Assembly (NCBI RefSeq): GCF_964204865.1
Contig: NC_135253.1
Span: forward strand, 5,394,001 to 5,458,000
Origin: Styela clava
Taxonomy: Eukaryota
Reading direction: 5' to 3'
Length of the DNA: 64,000 nucleotides
Positions 13,556-28,000 of this stretch are shown here, in pieces (the first letter of the stretch is position 1; each line of letters opens with the position of its first letter). The notes under the pieces are model-generated. The model did not search any database. It was not told the DNA's origin and saw nothing but the letters and a program-made list of their open reading frames with translations. The position numbers were made by a program, and so were the translations under genes.

Positions 13556-16500
13556 TCAGCTTGAAGTTGACATTAATTCATTCAATATCTGCAATTTGTC
13601 TTCAACTTTTTGAGCCAAGTTTGCAAACTCTAGTTTTGATTCTTCATTCAACAAATCTTCCTCTTGTACCTGCAAGTGACAAAGGCTTTTTTTTATATTT
13701 AAAGCCCATATTTTGGGGGTCAACATTATCCACTACCTTTCGAAATTGTGACATAGCTCGTAGAAAATAAGATAGACTTATCATGAAGTCAATTTCCGCA
13801 TATTGGCCAATTTTCTATGTTTTTAAAGCATATTTTAAAATAGAGGATGTTCATAAAGTCTTAAATTTTATTAAATTACAAAGGGAGTTTATCGACACCA
13901 TATTCAGTTTCTTTAAATTAAAGGAGTTACATAATCAAAACAAATAAAAATCTGGTTAGGATATATCAACAACTGACTTCATAACAAAATTGAAATTGTA
14001 ACATGATTTTATGAACACTCAGTACACAATTTGAAGTCTAATACTAATCACAAAGTATATCATACTGATAATGAAAGATTCATTTAGTTCCTAAAAATAA
14101 AATTCACTGACCCTAAGTTTTGCTTTGACTCCATTGATTGAAAGTCTCGTGGAAGTAATCATTGACTTAAATTCTCCTTCATTCATGTTCTCCTGCTTAT
14201 GACACACTGAACAAGCTATAACATAACGAATAGAAATTCAATTATTCTTATGTGCAACCACCTGACTGTGCTTGAATTGAACAAAGATATAAAATTACAG
14301 TAATTGGCAATTCTAATACATTTTAAAAGTCAATGAAATTGGAGAGAGGGAATTTATTTCTTTCCTATCTATCAAGAACACATAACAAAAATACGTAACT
14401 AGGAAATATGAAATGGTTACTGATTTGATGAATTCAAATCATAGACAAAATCATGTGCTGTACTGTACTGATGAAAATGGAACAATTGCCATCCACAGAA
14501 TGACATTCCAAATCTGATATAGATCTGTTTCAAGAAGTTTAACAAGAGGAGAGTACTCTCCAACGTATATAACATGAACATTTTTCATAGACCATTATAC
14601 ATAGGCTTATTGCTGTTATATTCAATATATATATATATATATTCATTATTTGCAATAATGACTCATTATTACTTTATCAAACCTACATTTAGCGGGTATG
14701 AATAGTCCATTTCATTTTTGTATTTTCTGTTAATAGCAAAATTGCGGAAAATAATTCACAACATAATTCCAAGTATGCTACAACATTACGATAAAAAATT
14801 AAAATATTTCAGTCTTCCATGATTCTAATACAAGATAAATTACCATCAATAACTTCAATGCAGAGTGTAACTGCCTGTTCTGCCGATTTTGAATCTTTTT
14901 CCCAAGATGGTCGTTGCAGAGCAGAGCGCAGTGATTTTTGCAAGAATGTTAGAGCTTTAGCATTTTCATCTTTGTTTTCACCACCTGTTCCATTACCTAG
15001 GACTTTAGCATAAAGTGACCAAACCTCCCAGTTGCTTGTTGTCTTACTTGTGAGGCGACCGAACAGAGTCAATGCTTTCTGTTTCAGTTTTGAAGCTGTA
15101 AACAAGTTATTTATGGTAATTGTAATATTACTGCATTTTTTAAAAAGTGAGATATTTATTAATCATAAAATTTGAAAAATGTAATGAATGCTAATATGAC
15201 TTGCTGTCTAACTGAAAAACTAGGGCCTTCCAGAAGTATGTGTACCAATATGGAGGTAAACTAATTTTGTTCGCCTACTTTACATCAAGTTGTGTAAAGA
15301 GACGGAAGCCTATGGACAAGGGGTATATTCACTTGGCTAACAAAAACAGTCCCCGAACTCATAATAGAACTAAAATAAGGGTAATCGATATAAAATTATG
15401 ACCTAACCCTAACCTGGTACACATACTCTGGAAGTACCGAAAATAGTATGACATATCTTCGCTGGCATAAGAGTTGGAATTTAAAACTCCCGATAATCAA
15501 ACTACTACTATACCTAATTTATAAGATATTGTCTGCAGATGACAAATTTTCGATTTAATCACATGAAATTGGATGCTTCCTCTAAAATTGACAAACCACA
15601 ATATTTTGTGAAAGTCTAAATTGATAATCAATTGACAATGATATTCATGTTAAAGTACCTACCTGGAACATTGTTTGAACCTAGAATATCTTCATTCATG
15701 GCACGAACTAATATTTTTAAGACCGGTATGTCAACATATTTGTCCTTGAGATCGAGTAATCTGAATGTTAAAAAAATATTTATCATTTCGTAAAGAGGCA
15801 ACTAAAAAACTGTAGCTGGAAAAAACAATCAAATTTTTCACATATCACATGAAAATGCATATGGCTCCATTTATGGAAGACCACTACAGAATTTTTATAT
15901 TAGTTAGCTTATCTTTTAAAATGAAAGAGTGATAAAGGAGTATAAGCTGTTTCCAGCATACTGAAAGCTATATGTAAATGTCATTCTATTTCCTATTTTA
16001 CCTGTTATATGAACGAATGAGATCAGAAAAATGTCCAGTATCAGCACTGACAAAAAGAAAATTTTCCCATAATTCCCAGCGATCGTAGTTACATTTTAAA
16101 GCTTCAACTAGAGCCTTATATGCTTGATCCCTGAAAAAATATAAATGGCATAAAACTGGATCGAGAAAATTTGCTCAAAGCAAGACCATGCGCACCCACT
16201 CAAAAGAAAAGTAAACTATCTCTGAACAAACTGAAACAATATAGAAGCGGTACCCAAAGGGGGCGCTACCACGCACCGATTTGCCAAGCGCTCCAAAAAA
16301 TTACCAGAATTGTGTTAAAAATACCTAATATACATGATTGAATATTTCACATGTTGTTTTCATTAGAGTGTTTACCCTGATAATTTGGCACCTCATGAAC
16401 AAAAATTTTAGGAATCGCTGCCATATAGAATTATGATAGCGCTTTATGCATTAATTGACAGAATAATTGAAATGATCAATGCAATCAGGAAAACAATTTA

Positions 16501-19500
16501 GGGTAGTGGATTTCAAATTCTTGGACAATACTTTCAAATAAAAGTTCTTATAATGTCAATTTACTGATGACTTCTCTGACTTTGAGATGTCCATAAAGGA
16601 CTAACATGGAAACCAATCACTTAATGTGATAAAAAATACTTACTTTTTATTTGCTCTCACAAAAGAAACTGCTAAGTTTGTCCATGCTTCAAAGTTCTGA
16701 ATAGATAAACAATAAATTATTCAAAGGTAACAAAGTATATGTAATTGTAAAGAGACAAACATCTGAAATTTCCTAATCATATTGTATTAAGATATAAAAT
16801 ACAAAAGTTGAAGTTAAAATCTACAATAAACTGATTATATACAATAGTGATATTTTAATTTAAAATAATTAGTATCTTACATCCCAATTAAGACTGACGC
16901 ATCTCTGGAAAGCCATCGCTGCTTTATCAAAATCTTCACATGCAAGTGCCGCACATCCCATACTGAACCATGTACCAGTCTAAATTATATAAATAAAGTT
17001 TAATTGACAATTTTACAATATGAGTTGCAATGGGCTGATGTCATAAACTAATTTGTGCTTTTTAAGTCAGGAAATGTAAAAAATATATCTAGAATTGGTG
17101 TTACATGCAAAAACAAAGTTAAAAATCATTTAAGCACCCTCCATGTCTTTTACCTGAAGGTTATTATTTATTTAATATTTATATATATTTGAACAGTAGC
17201 ATGCCATATCACAAATACGATAACTATGTTGGCATGCAGATTTAGTATGTTGAGTGCAGTCTGCATGCCAACCGGCAACCATCTCATCTTTTTAAAAAAT
17301 ATAGTAATGTCATTGCTGATATCCAAAAGTTACATTGACGTAAATTGTTTTGATCCAAACACAGTAATAACAAAGCTCATTCAAGACACAAAATAATCAA
17401 TCTAAAAGGGATCCAAGATCAGATTTCAAAGTCAATCCTGGGACAGAATAATATTCTAAAAATTTTAATGATTCACCTGTAAATAGTTGACCGCCAGTGA
17501 CTTTTCAAAGCATTCTATGGCTTCCTTGTATAGTTTCTTTGATATTTTGTAAGCACCAAGTGATCGCATTGATCTTGCACTGCGCTGGTTCGATATATCC
17601 CATCCTTTCAAGTAAAGGTCTGGATCCTGCACAAAAAATACAGCGGCCATATAAAAAAGACAAACAAGTAGAAATATCGAGCCACATTTCATTTTTCAAT
17701 TGTTCATGAACAGCAGGAATGTACTTAGATTACCAATCTTCCCTAGAAAAATAAAATACTCAGACCTAGATGTAACTAAAACTGTCACTTATGCCTAAAT
17801 AAAAACATCCTCTTTTTACCCATTGTCTTGCTTGTGACAAAAATTGAAGTTTGTACTCAATGGGATCTGTTAAAGAAAATCTGTTATATAATTGAAATGC
17901 CTCTGACTACCACATCAAGCGAAATGGAAATAAACAAATTTTCCTTACCAGTAATATATCTCCCAGCAAGCAATACAAGTTCGCGGTCTCCTTGATAGCA
18001 AGTTGTTTTCTTATTAATTCCTCAGCTTCGTGCCCTCTCTCTGTTGATATCAGACAAACAATTGCTTCTTCCCACATATGCAATCTCATATAAATTTCTA
18101 GTGAACTGGCACGGACACCCAGACTTTCATACAACATTGCAAGTTGTTTCTAAAAAATACAAAACAAAATTTTCCGAAATCCGGACATGTGAGCACGCCT
18201 TTGAATGCTACTACATCTGAAGTTTTTGTTCATATTTCATTACAAGAATCCAAAATATTAGAATTCAGTGCACTTTGGTTCGAACAAAGCCTTGTATGGC
18301 AGCCACTGATATGTAATGAGCTACCATTTTTTAAAGAAACCCGGAAGCTTCCTAGTTCCTCACTGCTTACCCAACCCTTTTATGGGTGATGTGGTAAATT
18401 TCAACCTAGATGTGTAACCTGCGAGTGCAATGCCAACACAGTTAATCCTAATGTAGCAACTGCTAGGTCAACGAAAACTCAACCAGGCGTCCGTGGCCAA
18501 CCGATGTGGGCCACAATGCTGAGCCCAAACTGATTTTACCCTTCCCTTCACAAGCCTACTCCCCATTCTTCCTAGTTTCAATGCTTGATAAGGTTATTTC
18601 ACAGGGTGTTTTCACTTAGTGCATTATGAATCGTTTCATCATAATGGGATTTGGAATAATCAAAATAACTCTATAAATACCACTGGAATGATAAACACTG
18701 GGGCAATGAGTGTTAAAAGTTCCGGAGGAGGGCCACAAGCCATTAAAGGGTGGGAAACGCAGCCTTTTGCCCATGTCGGGTATGGTATTAGTTAGCAAGT
18801 TATTTGTTTCAGATGCAGTAATTTGATGGTGGAGAAATTCATAACCGACCAGCAGTTTCGTGAATCACCCTACGACGAAGCAAGTCAGATGATCTTACTT
18901 ACCAGAGCTTGATAGATAATACGATATTGAAACTTTACATAAGATTGTAAAATGATACAGAGTAAATATTCATACCTCCATTATCCACTTTGGTTTTGGC
19001 CAAACGCTGTAGAATAGTGACAACCTCTTCAATGACGCAAGATGATGATTGTCATCAGAAAATTTTGATTTTAAAGAAATATTTTTCACAAGCGATTCTA
19101 GTTGCATCATACTCCTTTCTACTGTTCTTGATTTAAGTTTTTCATGAATGCATCGAACTCTCAATGATTCTGTGTGAATTGACCATGATTTCGGATCGGA
19201 TAGAAGGTACTGTTATAGAAATTGAAATAAAGAAAGTTGATTCAGAAATGCAACACTTTGCTATAACTTAATAAATGTAAATTTAGAGTTGGGAACAATA
19301 AAACATAAATGATAAAAAACTATTGTTCACAATACACTGATTAACAGTCATTTAAAATAGTTCTCTTGCACATTGTTTATAATCAAAACTCGAAAATTGA
19401 ATACAAATTTATTCATATCTGTCATAAATTATATCCACTATAATTCTCATTGAAGTTAAAAATGATCGATTAAAAAAACTTCATGATATTATGGCAATGG

Positions 19501-22500
19501 GGTAGTAGACCTAATTCATATTATAGGGGAGGTTATCCCAGAAGATGATATTTCTCTTATTTTTCTCCAATTACATAATTCATATAAATTCTCTACTTAT
19601 TTTTTTGAATACAATCAAATTAACTTACCTCAATAACACATTTTATTTGTTCATCTTTGAGTTTGTGAGAGGCAGACGTTTTCTGCATTTTTGTGCTGAA
19701 ATGTAAAATATTCGAATAAAGACTATTCATATTTAGTTTAGTATTCCTGAGGTCTAATGTGTCAAAATTCAATAACACCACGTCTCTTGCAAATATACAT
19801 TGGCAGCATCATGCTTCTGGGAGTCCCGTATATTTTAGTTCAACATAGCCTGCTTTATTAATCTTATCTTGGATAAGGTGGTAGAGTTCAAACATGTGAC
19901 CATAACATCCGATGTAACTGTACATGAGCTCCAATGCTTTATTAACAGATCAGCAGGCTTTCATGGATTGCCATGGCTATCGTATAGTACCATGAAGTGT
20001 TAATGTACTATCTATGAATAGGATAGTATTCCCATATTTATCACAGGAGAAAATAGAGTCAGTAAGGCGTCTTACTCGTTTAGTCTACCACAGCCTCTCG
20101 TCTCGTTACTAATTTATGTTATGTGTTTCAGATGCATGGACTTGATGGTGAAGGAAGCCGCAACCCGCCAGCATGATGCACCAACTGCGAAGCCTTAAAG
20201 AATTTTTTGATATTATAATATTCAGAACATAAAAAGAAATTTCCCGACTACCAGAGATTCATTTCACAATCTATCAGAAGTGAAAAAAACTAGAACGACA
20301 AGCACCATTACTCACCACATCATCAATATCACTGCTTGCTCCTCTGGAATAAGATTTTGATTTTCATTATTTTCTTCCTCAGAATACTTGACCGCCTCAA
20401 GGAGAGTGTCATCATTTAGAGGTAAAGCCTAAATATATATATATATATATTAAATTAAATATTTCCATTAAATGAGTTAGGCACAAAACAGAGATTCTAA
20501 AAGGTAAAAACTACGACATGAAAGATGGCGGACACCGGAACGTAGTATGTGTACCAGGTTAGGGTTAGGCCATAATTTTAATCAAATTTTCCGCATTTTA
20601 ATTCTATTACGAGTTTGGGGACTAGCTAAGTGACTCCCGTAGTATTTGTACCTGAAATTATAGCCTGACCAGAACAATAGATGTGCCATCTTGGTTAACC
20701 GGTACAGAAACTCCGTGGCTTTGAGCATTTCGTTCTCGTTCATATTGACATTTATAAGAATAACAAATAATCACATGAAATTTATAATATAACTTTCTCT
20801 CATAGATTACTTCAAGAAAAATTTTTCTAAAACAAAATATTAAACCTTTGGAATATCTTCATCAGTCAAAGTAGGTGCTTTTGTAATCAGTTTATCATTT
20901 CTTGTTCTGTTGATTTGCACTCGAAGCTGTGCAATCAATTTCTCTTGGAACCTGGTTCGCACACCGAGAGCACCTGAAATAAATCCATATCTTTTACGAA
21001 TTAAGTTGACAAGAAACAATTAGAAAGAATACTCTTATGTTTGAAAAATAATGAATGAAATAAAAATACAACTTTTTTTTATCCCTGGGAGAAAAAGCTG
21101 ATAAACGGCTTAATAATATGGCGGATCACAGCCTCACGTCCAGTTACAAGCCCATATCGGGTATGTCATTAGTTACCGGCAATCAATTAGCAGCCACAGG
21201 ATTAGAACTTGCAAACCCTAGCAATCAGAAGTATGACAGCAAGCTTATTCCTAACATATGATGTGCCAATTGCCTGGCCAATACAAAACCATACCATCAA
21301 GTGAGCATTCAATTCCACACAAGGCTGTAGCTGTTTGAAAACTTTGTTCAGCCTCTTTGTATTGATAATAAAATAATTGAAGTAATCCAGTCTCCAGGTG
21401 AAACTGAATTTTGTATGATCTGAAGAAATTATAAAACAATGTTTGATTTAGATATGTATCACAAACGCCATATATAAATGTGATCATATCAAAAAAGCAA
21501 TCCAGCAAAAGTGAAGATATGCATATCTTACTCTCAAAAAATAAGATTTAAGGTATTGCTATAACCTATAAGAATTGATAACCTAAAAGTTATATCGTAA
21601 TACAATAATATTTAAGTGGAATGTCTAGTTGTACAGCATAGCAGACACCAATCATTCCGGCTATGAAATAGTTATAAACTAAAGTTTTTAAACTAAAGGT
21701 ACACCACCTATTCTGTTCGCTTTCTAAAAAGTCCTGTTGGCTGAAATTCTGGATCAAAGCTTTAGAGAGTTCATGAAGAGTAGGAGAACGTTCCGGTATC
21801 AACTGCTGATGTATTGATATATATCGTAAACACCACCATTTTGCAGTCTGTAAAATATTTCAATTACAGTAATGTATTTAAGTAATAATGTAATGAGGTG
21901 TCCAGCAGCCATCTAGCACATAATCATCTCCCACAGGATTCGAACACACGCAGTGTAATCAGAGGTGCTCGCTCATGCCATTCAGTGAACACTAAGGCTA
22001 GATCCTGTGCCCACCACCTTCAAATTCAAGGTGTGCTGTATGAAAGAATTTCGTAACTTCTCAACAAAACTGATATCAAAAAAACTGTGAGAGTATATAC
22101 TCCGGCAAAGAGCAGCTCAATATCGATAATGAAAAAAAGTTTTTTAAGACTATACCTGTAGGTGATGAAACAAATCAAATTGTTGAAATAATATCATAGC
22201 AATATAAAGTATAATCGGGTCTGCAATGAGAGCATATACATTTTCTCCATCAACATCAAGTTCCTGCAATATTCTTTCTTTTATCTGAACAAAATATTTT
22301 AATTTTTTTGTTAAATTCAAATTAGATAATGCTGTAAGCACTCACCTCAACAAAGGTACAGAGAAACTCGTATCTAAAAGCATGTCTCAAGTCATAAGTT
22401 GCAATATATATATCTGTACAACTTACAAACTATAAAAAGCATACTAAGCAATTCAAGAGTCCTGCCGCACACTCTTGAATTGCATGGTATGGTATTTTTA

Positions 22501-24411
22501 TTCCTGCTTCAACATCCTTGCATTATACACATGTACATCCACTAGCACAATAGCATTGAGGAAAGATTGGGCGTATTCTCTACTGATAGTAAGCATGTAC
22601 ATGTAAAAAGAAAATACTGATGCAAAATAAGGAACGGAAAACACACAGATGATATCAAACATGATATCAACTTCTTACAGGTTACGGTGTAAAATCAATT
22701 GATGTGAGATTGAATTCGAATGGTGCAAGCTACCATAATGTGAAACTTCAGAATCAACACTAATTGTGGCAAACACTGAAATATATGGGAAATGAAAAGT
22801 GCTAGCGCATGATGCTGGGACTGGGAAAATAGTATATACTTACATCCACAGAATCAAAATTAGTGAATAACAACGACGTCAAATCTGATGATTCAGGTCC
22901 AGTCCAGTTATTGATAACAAACAATTGAAGGCATGAAACTCCATAGCACAGAATTTCGATTTCTCTAATAATAAAAATCAGCTATGATAGAACATTCACC
23001 CCAAAAAAATGAATTTAATAAACATATGTAATCTATTGAAACAGAATCCTATGCCACAAAAACAAAAAAACCACAACCCAAAAGCTTCAACAATATTACA
23101 TGAATTATCTGTTTATAAAACCAAATAATAATGGGTCAAAACTAGTGGTGAAAAGTTTACTCCCTCCTGTAACCAAAACCTTTAAAGTGATCTTTAAAGT
23201 GTGAAAAGTTTCATAATAGTGGCAAACATAATCGGTATTTGAATATATTTACATAATATGCATATAATTCAGACTCTCAGATTTGAATGGAAAATTGGGG
23301 AACCCTTGGCCTGTATTGGGGGAAATCTGGGGTGCCACGGTTGAAGACCAGTGCTCTAGAACAACTAGTCAAAAACGTGTTTCCCATTCAATTTTTTATT
23401 CGATTCAACAATGTGGAACAAGAAACACTAACTTCCTTAGAGATTCATCATCATCTGTTAGGTATTGTCTCGCCAAAAACTTCAATTGATATATGTCTTC
23501 CATAGAAGTTAAATTGAGAAAGGAAACTGTGTTTTTGATGTGAATTATACATTCTTTATATTTTCCAGTAGTCACTAATTTCAACAGTTCCTGTGTAGAT
23601 TCAGAATAGTCACCTTAAAAATAAATACAAATTGTGAATTTATGGGTCACTTCCCAATTCAAACCGACCTGAGTTCCAAATTAATGAGTTTAATACAGAT
23701 GAAGGCTATTATCCATAAGAAGTCAATGCAATAATACATTACAAATGTCAAATGTGTAATATAATCATTATTCACATTTTGAAACAAGCAGGGATAGTAT
23801 TCCATTATTCTATTGTTGCTCATAATTCATTAATTTGTTTTGGCTTCTGCAATTATAGAACTTGAGTCAGGTATACTAAAAACACATTTTATTTTTTTCA
23901 TACGAAGCATTTATATCTCTGATACTGTATTAAAGTATTAATATTACAAATAGCTGAATACCGTAGGCTATATCACACTCAAAATTCAAATTATTGAAAC
24001 ATATATATTTTGCAAGGTAATTGAGGTAATGTTCAGAGGTTAGAAGGTGCATGAAAACTCATTTCGGTATTTCCTTTGCACTAACTTAATATAGTAGTAG
24101 ATTACTGTTAGATCTTATTTCAATTTCAGGATTTTAAAATCAATGAAGAACAAATTTGTGGCATTAGCACAATTTTCTGTATTGAAAAAAACCAGACACA
24201 TCACAAACTCAATAAATGTCTAGTGAAACAAGGTTAAGAGATTAATTCTACGTGCCTGGCATCAGGTTATTGAATTGATCCAAAAATTGACAGACAGATC
24301 ACGAAATCAAACTATTTAAAGAAAAAAATGGAAACGGACAATATTAATTTTATATTTACCTGAAGGCTCAATGCCATTGAATGGTGAAATTAGTTCTAGC
24401 TCAAAATCCAT
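13556..24411 (-). CDS. TTC27: Tetratricopeptide repeat protein 27 (EMW1 homolog), about 19 coding exons
   Basis: First exon 24360-24411 ([17 protein letters not shown]); last exon 13556-13669. Motifs [71 protein letters not shown] and WELWENF, plus TPR repeats, match TTC27. Confidence 0.93.
15223..15439. mobile_element. MITE, 6-bp-TSD family B (inverted relative to the 3107 copy)
   Basis: TIR-like ends GGGCCTTCCAGAAGTATG / CATACTCTGGAAGTACCG; CCTAACCCTAACC; flanks AAACTA/AAAATA. Confidence 0.8.
18770..18875 (-). mobile_element. SINE fragment
   Basis: GCCCATGTCGGGTATGGTATTAGTTAGC is the reverse complement of the SINE body at ~1375-1425; also similar to 20120-20175. Confidence 0.5.
20045..20175 (-). 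mobile_element. SINE fragment
   Basis: Similar to 18800-18855 and 21085-21150. Confidence 0.45.
20503..20705. mobile_element. Degenerate family B MITE
   Basis: AAGATGGCGGACACC..GTACCAGGTTAGGGTTAGGCCATAATTTT..GCCATCTTGG shared with the 5699 copy; termini eroded. Confidence 0.7.
21078..21235 (-). mobile_element. SINE copy
   Basis: Reverse complement of 1395-1497 plus a B-box-region remnant. Confidence 0.55.
21925..22020 (-). mobile_element. SINE head (tRNA-like) fragment
   Basis: GGATTCGAAC is a B box (GTTCGAATCC) on the minus strand; resembles 11780-11875. Confidence 0.5.
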
Positions 24412-25023
24412 AATATCAATCACCACCTGTTCATAAAACGAACAGCACGAAACGTAACGAAATGTTATAGGTATAGCATAGGCTAACTATCAGTGCAGCA
24501 GTAGTACAGCAGTATGCTGGTATTATAAATATCCCACAAGAGAGCACGTGTGTCGTTGTTTGTGGATAGTTGATTATGGTAAATTCAAGAACTTTTGTTT
24601 GATATTTAATTTAAAAATGATTATTTCGACTTTATAAAAAATAAATTTATAAAATACGAAGCTTGATTTTCTCAAACATATTTCGTGACAGACATATTTA
24701 GCGTAATGTAGATTAAAAATTTGGTCATGCAAAACATCCGCAAGATGGCAATATAATGCATTTGTTTACGCCGGGATTTGGCTTCACGTAACGAATGGAA
24801 ACGCAGCTCGCAGTGTGCGAATTTTTGCAGACTCCATTTGTATACTTGATTTCGACTTTATTTTGCTGTAAACGACTTATTTTTTCCAACTAAAAGCTAA
24901 AAATGAGGAAATGAATATCAACGTGGCAAAAAGTTGGTTTTCGGATTGAAATAATTTGAAGTGTGAACGTCTTTGGAGAATTAATACCACCAGAACAAAC
25001 AACTTCACCACCAACAATTTGAT
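24412..25023. promoter_or_regulatory. Probable bidirectional promoter between TTC27 and the coiled-coil gene
   Basis: Divergent start codons about 610 bp apart; locally CpG-richer, with CACGTG (24545) and YY1-like CAAGATGGC (~24740). Inferred from geometry. Confidence 0.55.
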
Positions 25024-28000
25024 ATGTCGAAAAACTCCAAGACGGCCCGCGCGAAAAGTGGTGGATCAATTCGTCCACTTGGTGCATTGCGTTTAGCACA
25101 AGGTGCAACATCCCAACATAATGCTCCGACAAGGTGCAGTTACAATAATAATTATGGTACAGAATTTTGTGAATTTAATGGAGTCAGTTTCAAGACTGAA
25201 AATGCAGTCATGTAGCGACGCCCTCAAAAGCAGTTATACAATCCAGTCAACTCATTAGCAATGTTGACCAATACACATGTATATATCAGTGGCTATATTT
25301 TCATACAATTTAGCAAAGTCAGTAATGGTTACTCTCATATTAATCTGACAACTGAATCTGTATAAATAATTCAGAAATGATCCTGCTTTACACATTAACC
25401 AGCTCCACACGTTAAGACCTGCATCACCCAGTAACAACAATCAATTAATCAAGGAAAAAGAAAGAGAATTTAAGGTTGGTAAAATATATCCATTTTCCAT
25501 TCCAAACATAAAAAATTCAGTTTCTACTAGTAGCAAAGTACAGCAGTTCCCAAAGCAGATTTGCTAAATTCACCCCGAAAATTATAGGAATTGTGTTAAA
25601 CATAATTATTATATAGTTATTTTACATATTTTATTTACTATAAATGTTCTATTGTCTCTTATTTTGAATACTGTGTGTCTGAATCAATGAATTCATGTTG
25701 TCTTTCTATGTTATTTACTTCCTGTTACTTAGTGTCTCTATTGTTACAAAACTATTTTGCGAGCTGCAGTTTATTTATCAGCTGAACAGCGTTTAGCAAT
25801 GAGAGTCATTTTTTTAGTATTTCAAAGAGAAAATCAGGTAGAGATGAGGTAGGAGAGTTGACCTTTCGCCTTTAATCCTTAGGCCTACATGGTTGAAAAC
25901 TTCAAAAAGCATGAGGTACTTACTCATTAACGATAACAAAATTAAGTTTTATTATTTTTTGTGTAAGTGCGGCGTGAGTTTCTTCCTTTATAAATTGGCG
26001 CTGCACAAATAAAAAGTCTGGGAACCACAGATTAGTGGTCGTTTGTCAGGAGCCTTGTTCATACCGGGGTGTGAAACAAAAGTAAATAGTAAAGTTCTTA
26101 GTTTCTTACTTTTACAGATGTTGTACGACAGCTATGTTAATATGCAGCAAGATTTGAGAGACCAGAAAAGAAGATTTAGAAAAGTTGAGGTAGAGTAATA
26201 TTAGAATGCAGCTGCAGGAATATAGATGAATAAAATCAAAGTGGTTTGTTCAATTCCATTACGGCCAAGAATATCTATCTGATAGGAGTGCATACAACCG
26301 GCTATGTTCTAATTTCCATACAGGCAAAAGAACAAAAACTGAAAGATCGCATTTCTGCATTGGAGAAATTAATCGCCGAATTGAGATTTGAATTGAAAAC
26401 AAAATCGGAGATCTGTGAAGCTCTCAAAAAGACACTTGAGACAAAGGTAAAAACATACAAAAGATTGCTATGGTAATGAAATAAGTTCTTGATCAAATTT
26501 TATTATCAATTGGAAATCTATGAAAAACATTGTTTCAAAGACTCTTGCGTACATGGTAACACTGTTTTTTCGTAGCTGCATTCGCCAAATAAATATGAAA
26601 AACAAGATGACTAGTGATGTAAATCTGATTTGCTCACACAGATCAAATACTATGAAGAAAAATTAGCAGAAAAGGATGCAGAACAAATTGAAACGAAACA
26701 AAAACTTGTAACGGCAGAAGCTGATATATTAGCAAAACAAGATCGAATAGACTCTCTTATTGAACAGTATGAAAAACAAATCAAGGATTTGAAAGAGGAG
26801 GTGATTTAATTATTCGTATATTCACTGTAAGACACAAAATGAAAGTACTAAATAGAACACATTTGAATATAACTTCACACTACACAGAATTATTTACCAA
26901 CAGTGGTCACAGCAATATGATGTGTTATTTGGTTTTGAGAGTGTTTCAAATAAAAATAAATTGTTTACATTTTTCACGGTGCATATTTTAACTACCTTGG
27001 ATATGTTTTCAGCATGAGAGGAAATTGAAAGAGCTGGAGGAGAAAAGTGAAGCTGAAATCAAAGAAAGAGATGGAAAGTTGCTCATTCTCAAACAAAGGA
27101 TGGCAGAGACGATCGGAAAAAATTCAAGGTATAATCCCTTTTGAATGTCATAGCAACGGTGTGGATTTGGCATATCGCTTCAAAATGACTAGTCTCTCAT
27201 AAGATCCACAGATAATTAGTGATTTTGTTTTGTGGTTGTACAATATAGGGTTATAACAGCTATACGGCAAATATAAAGAAGTATATCATATAACACAATA
27301 TCATAACAGGAGAATTAAATCTGATTGGTCCCAGTGATTTTTGCTCAACCTGCAACAACAAGTTAAAAAATGATTCACAGTTAATGCCTAAAACCATTAT
27401 GTTTCGCTTTCAAAGTGAAAGACAACAACAACTTGAAGAATTGAAAAAGGATTTAATAAAAACATCACAAGAAGCTAGGGAACTTCATAAACAGTTGAAA
27501 CACTTACAGTTACACCCACCAAAGGTATAATTTTGCTTTGTAAATTTCAGTTTGCTAATCATATTTTTACCATAATGCAACTTATTACCAATCAAGTAGG
27601 TAATCAACAATATATTTCAAAAAAAATGTATTTGATTTTGATCTCACAATTTATTTTATAACCAATTCATCCATTATGAAATACCTTCCCATTGATGTTT
27701 TAGTGCTCCAATTGTGCAATACTTACTGAAAAATTAGAAGATAAATCATTGCAACTAAGGCTCAAGGAGAAAACTATAACAGATCTACAAAATATTGGAA
27801 AATCGATGCAACTACAACTTGGGCAACAGGTGAATTTCTTCATCATATTTTAAATCTTGTTAAGTGCATGTCGTACAGAAATAAGTTAGTTATATATGTA
27901 TGTATATGCAGGCGCGTTCGATACGATTTCATTGTGTCTCGTCTATATAGATTCCGGGCTATCAAAAGACGTGACAGCAGTTGAGGTTTATCTGGTCTTG

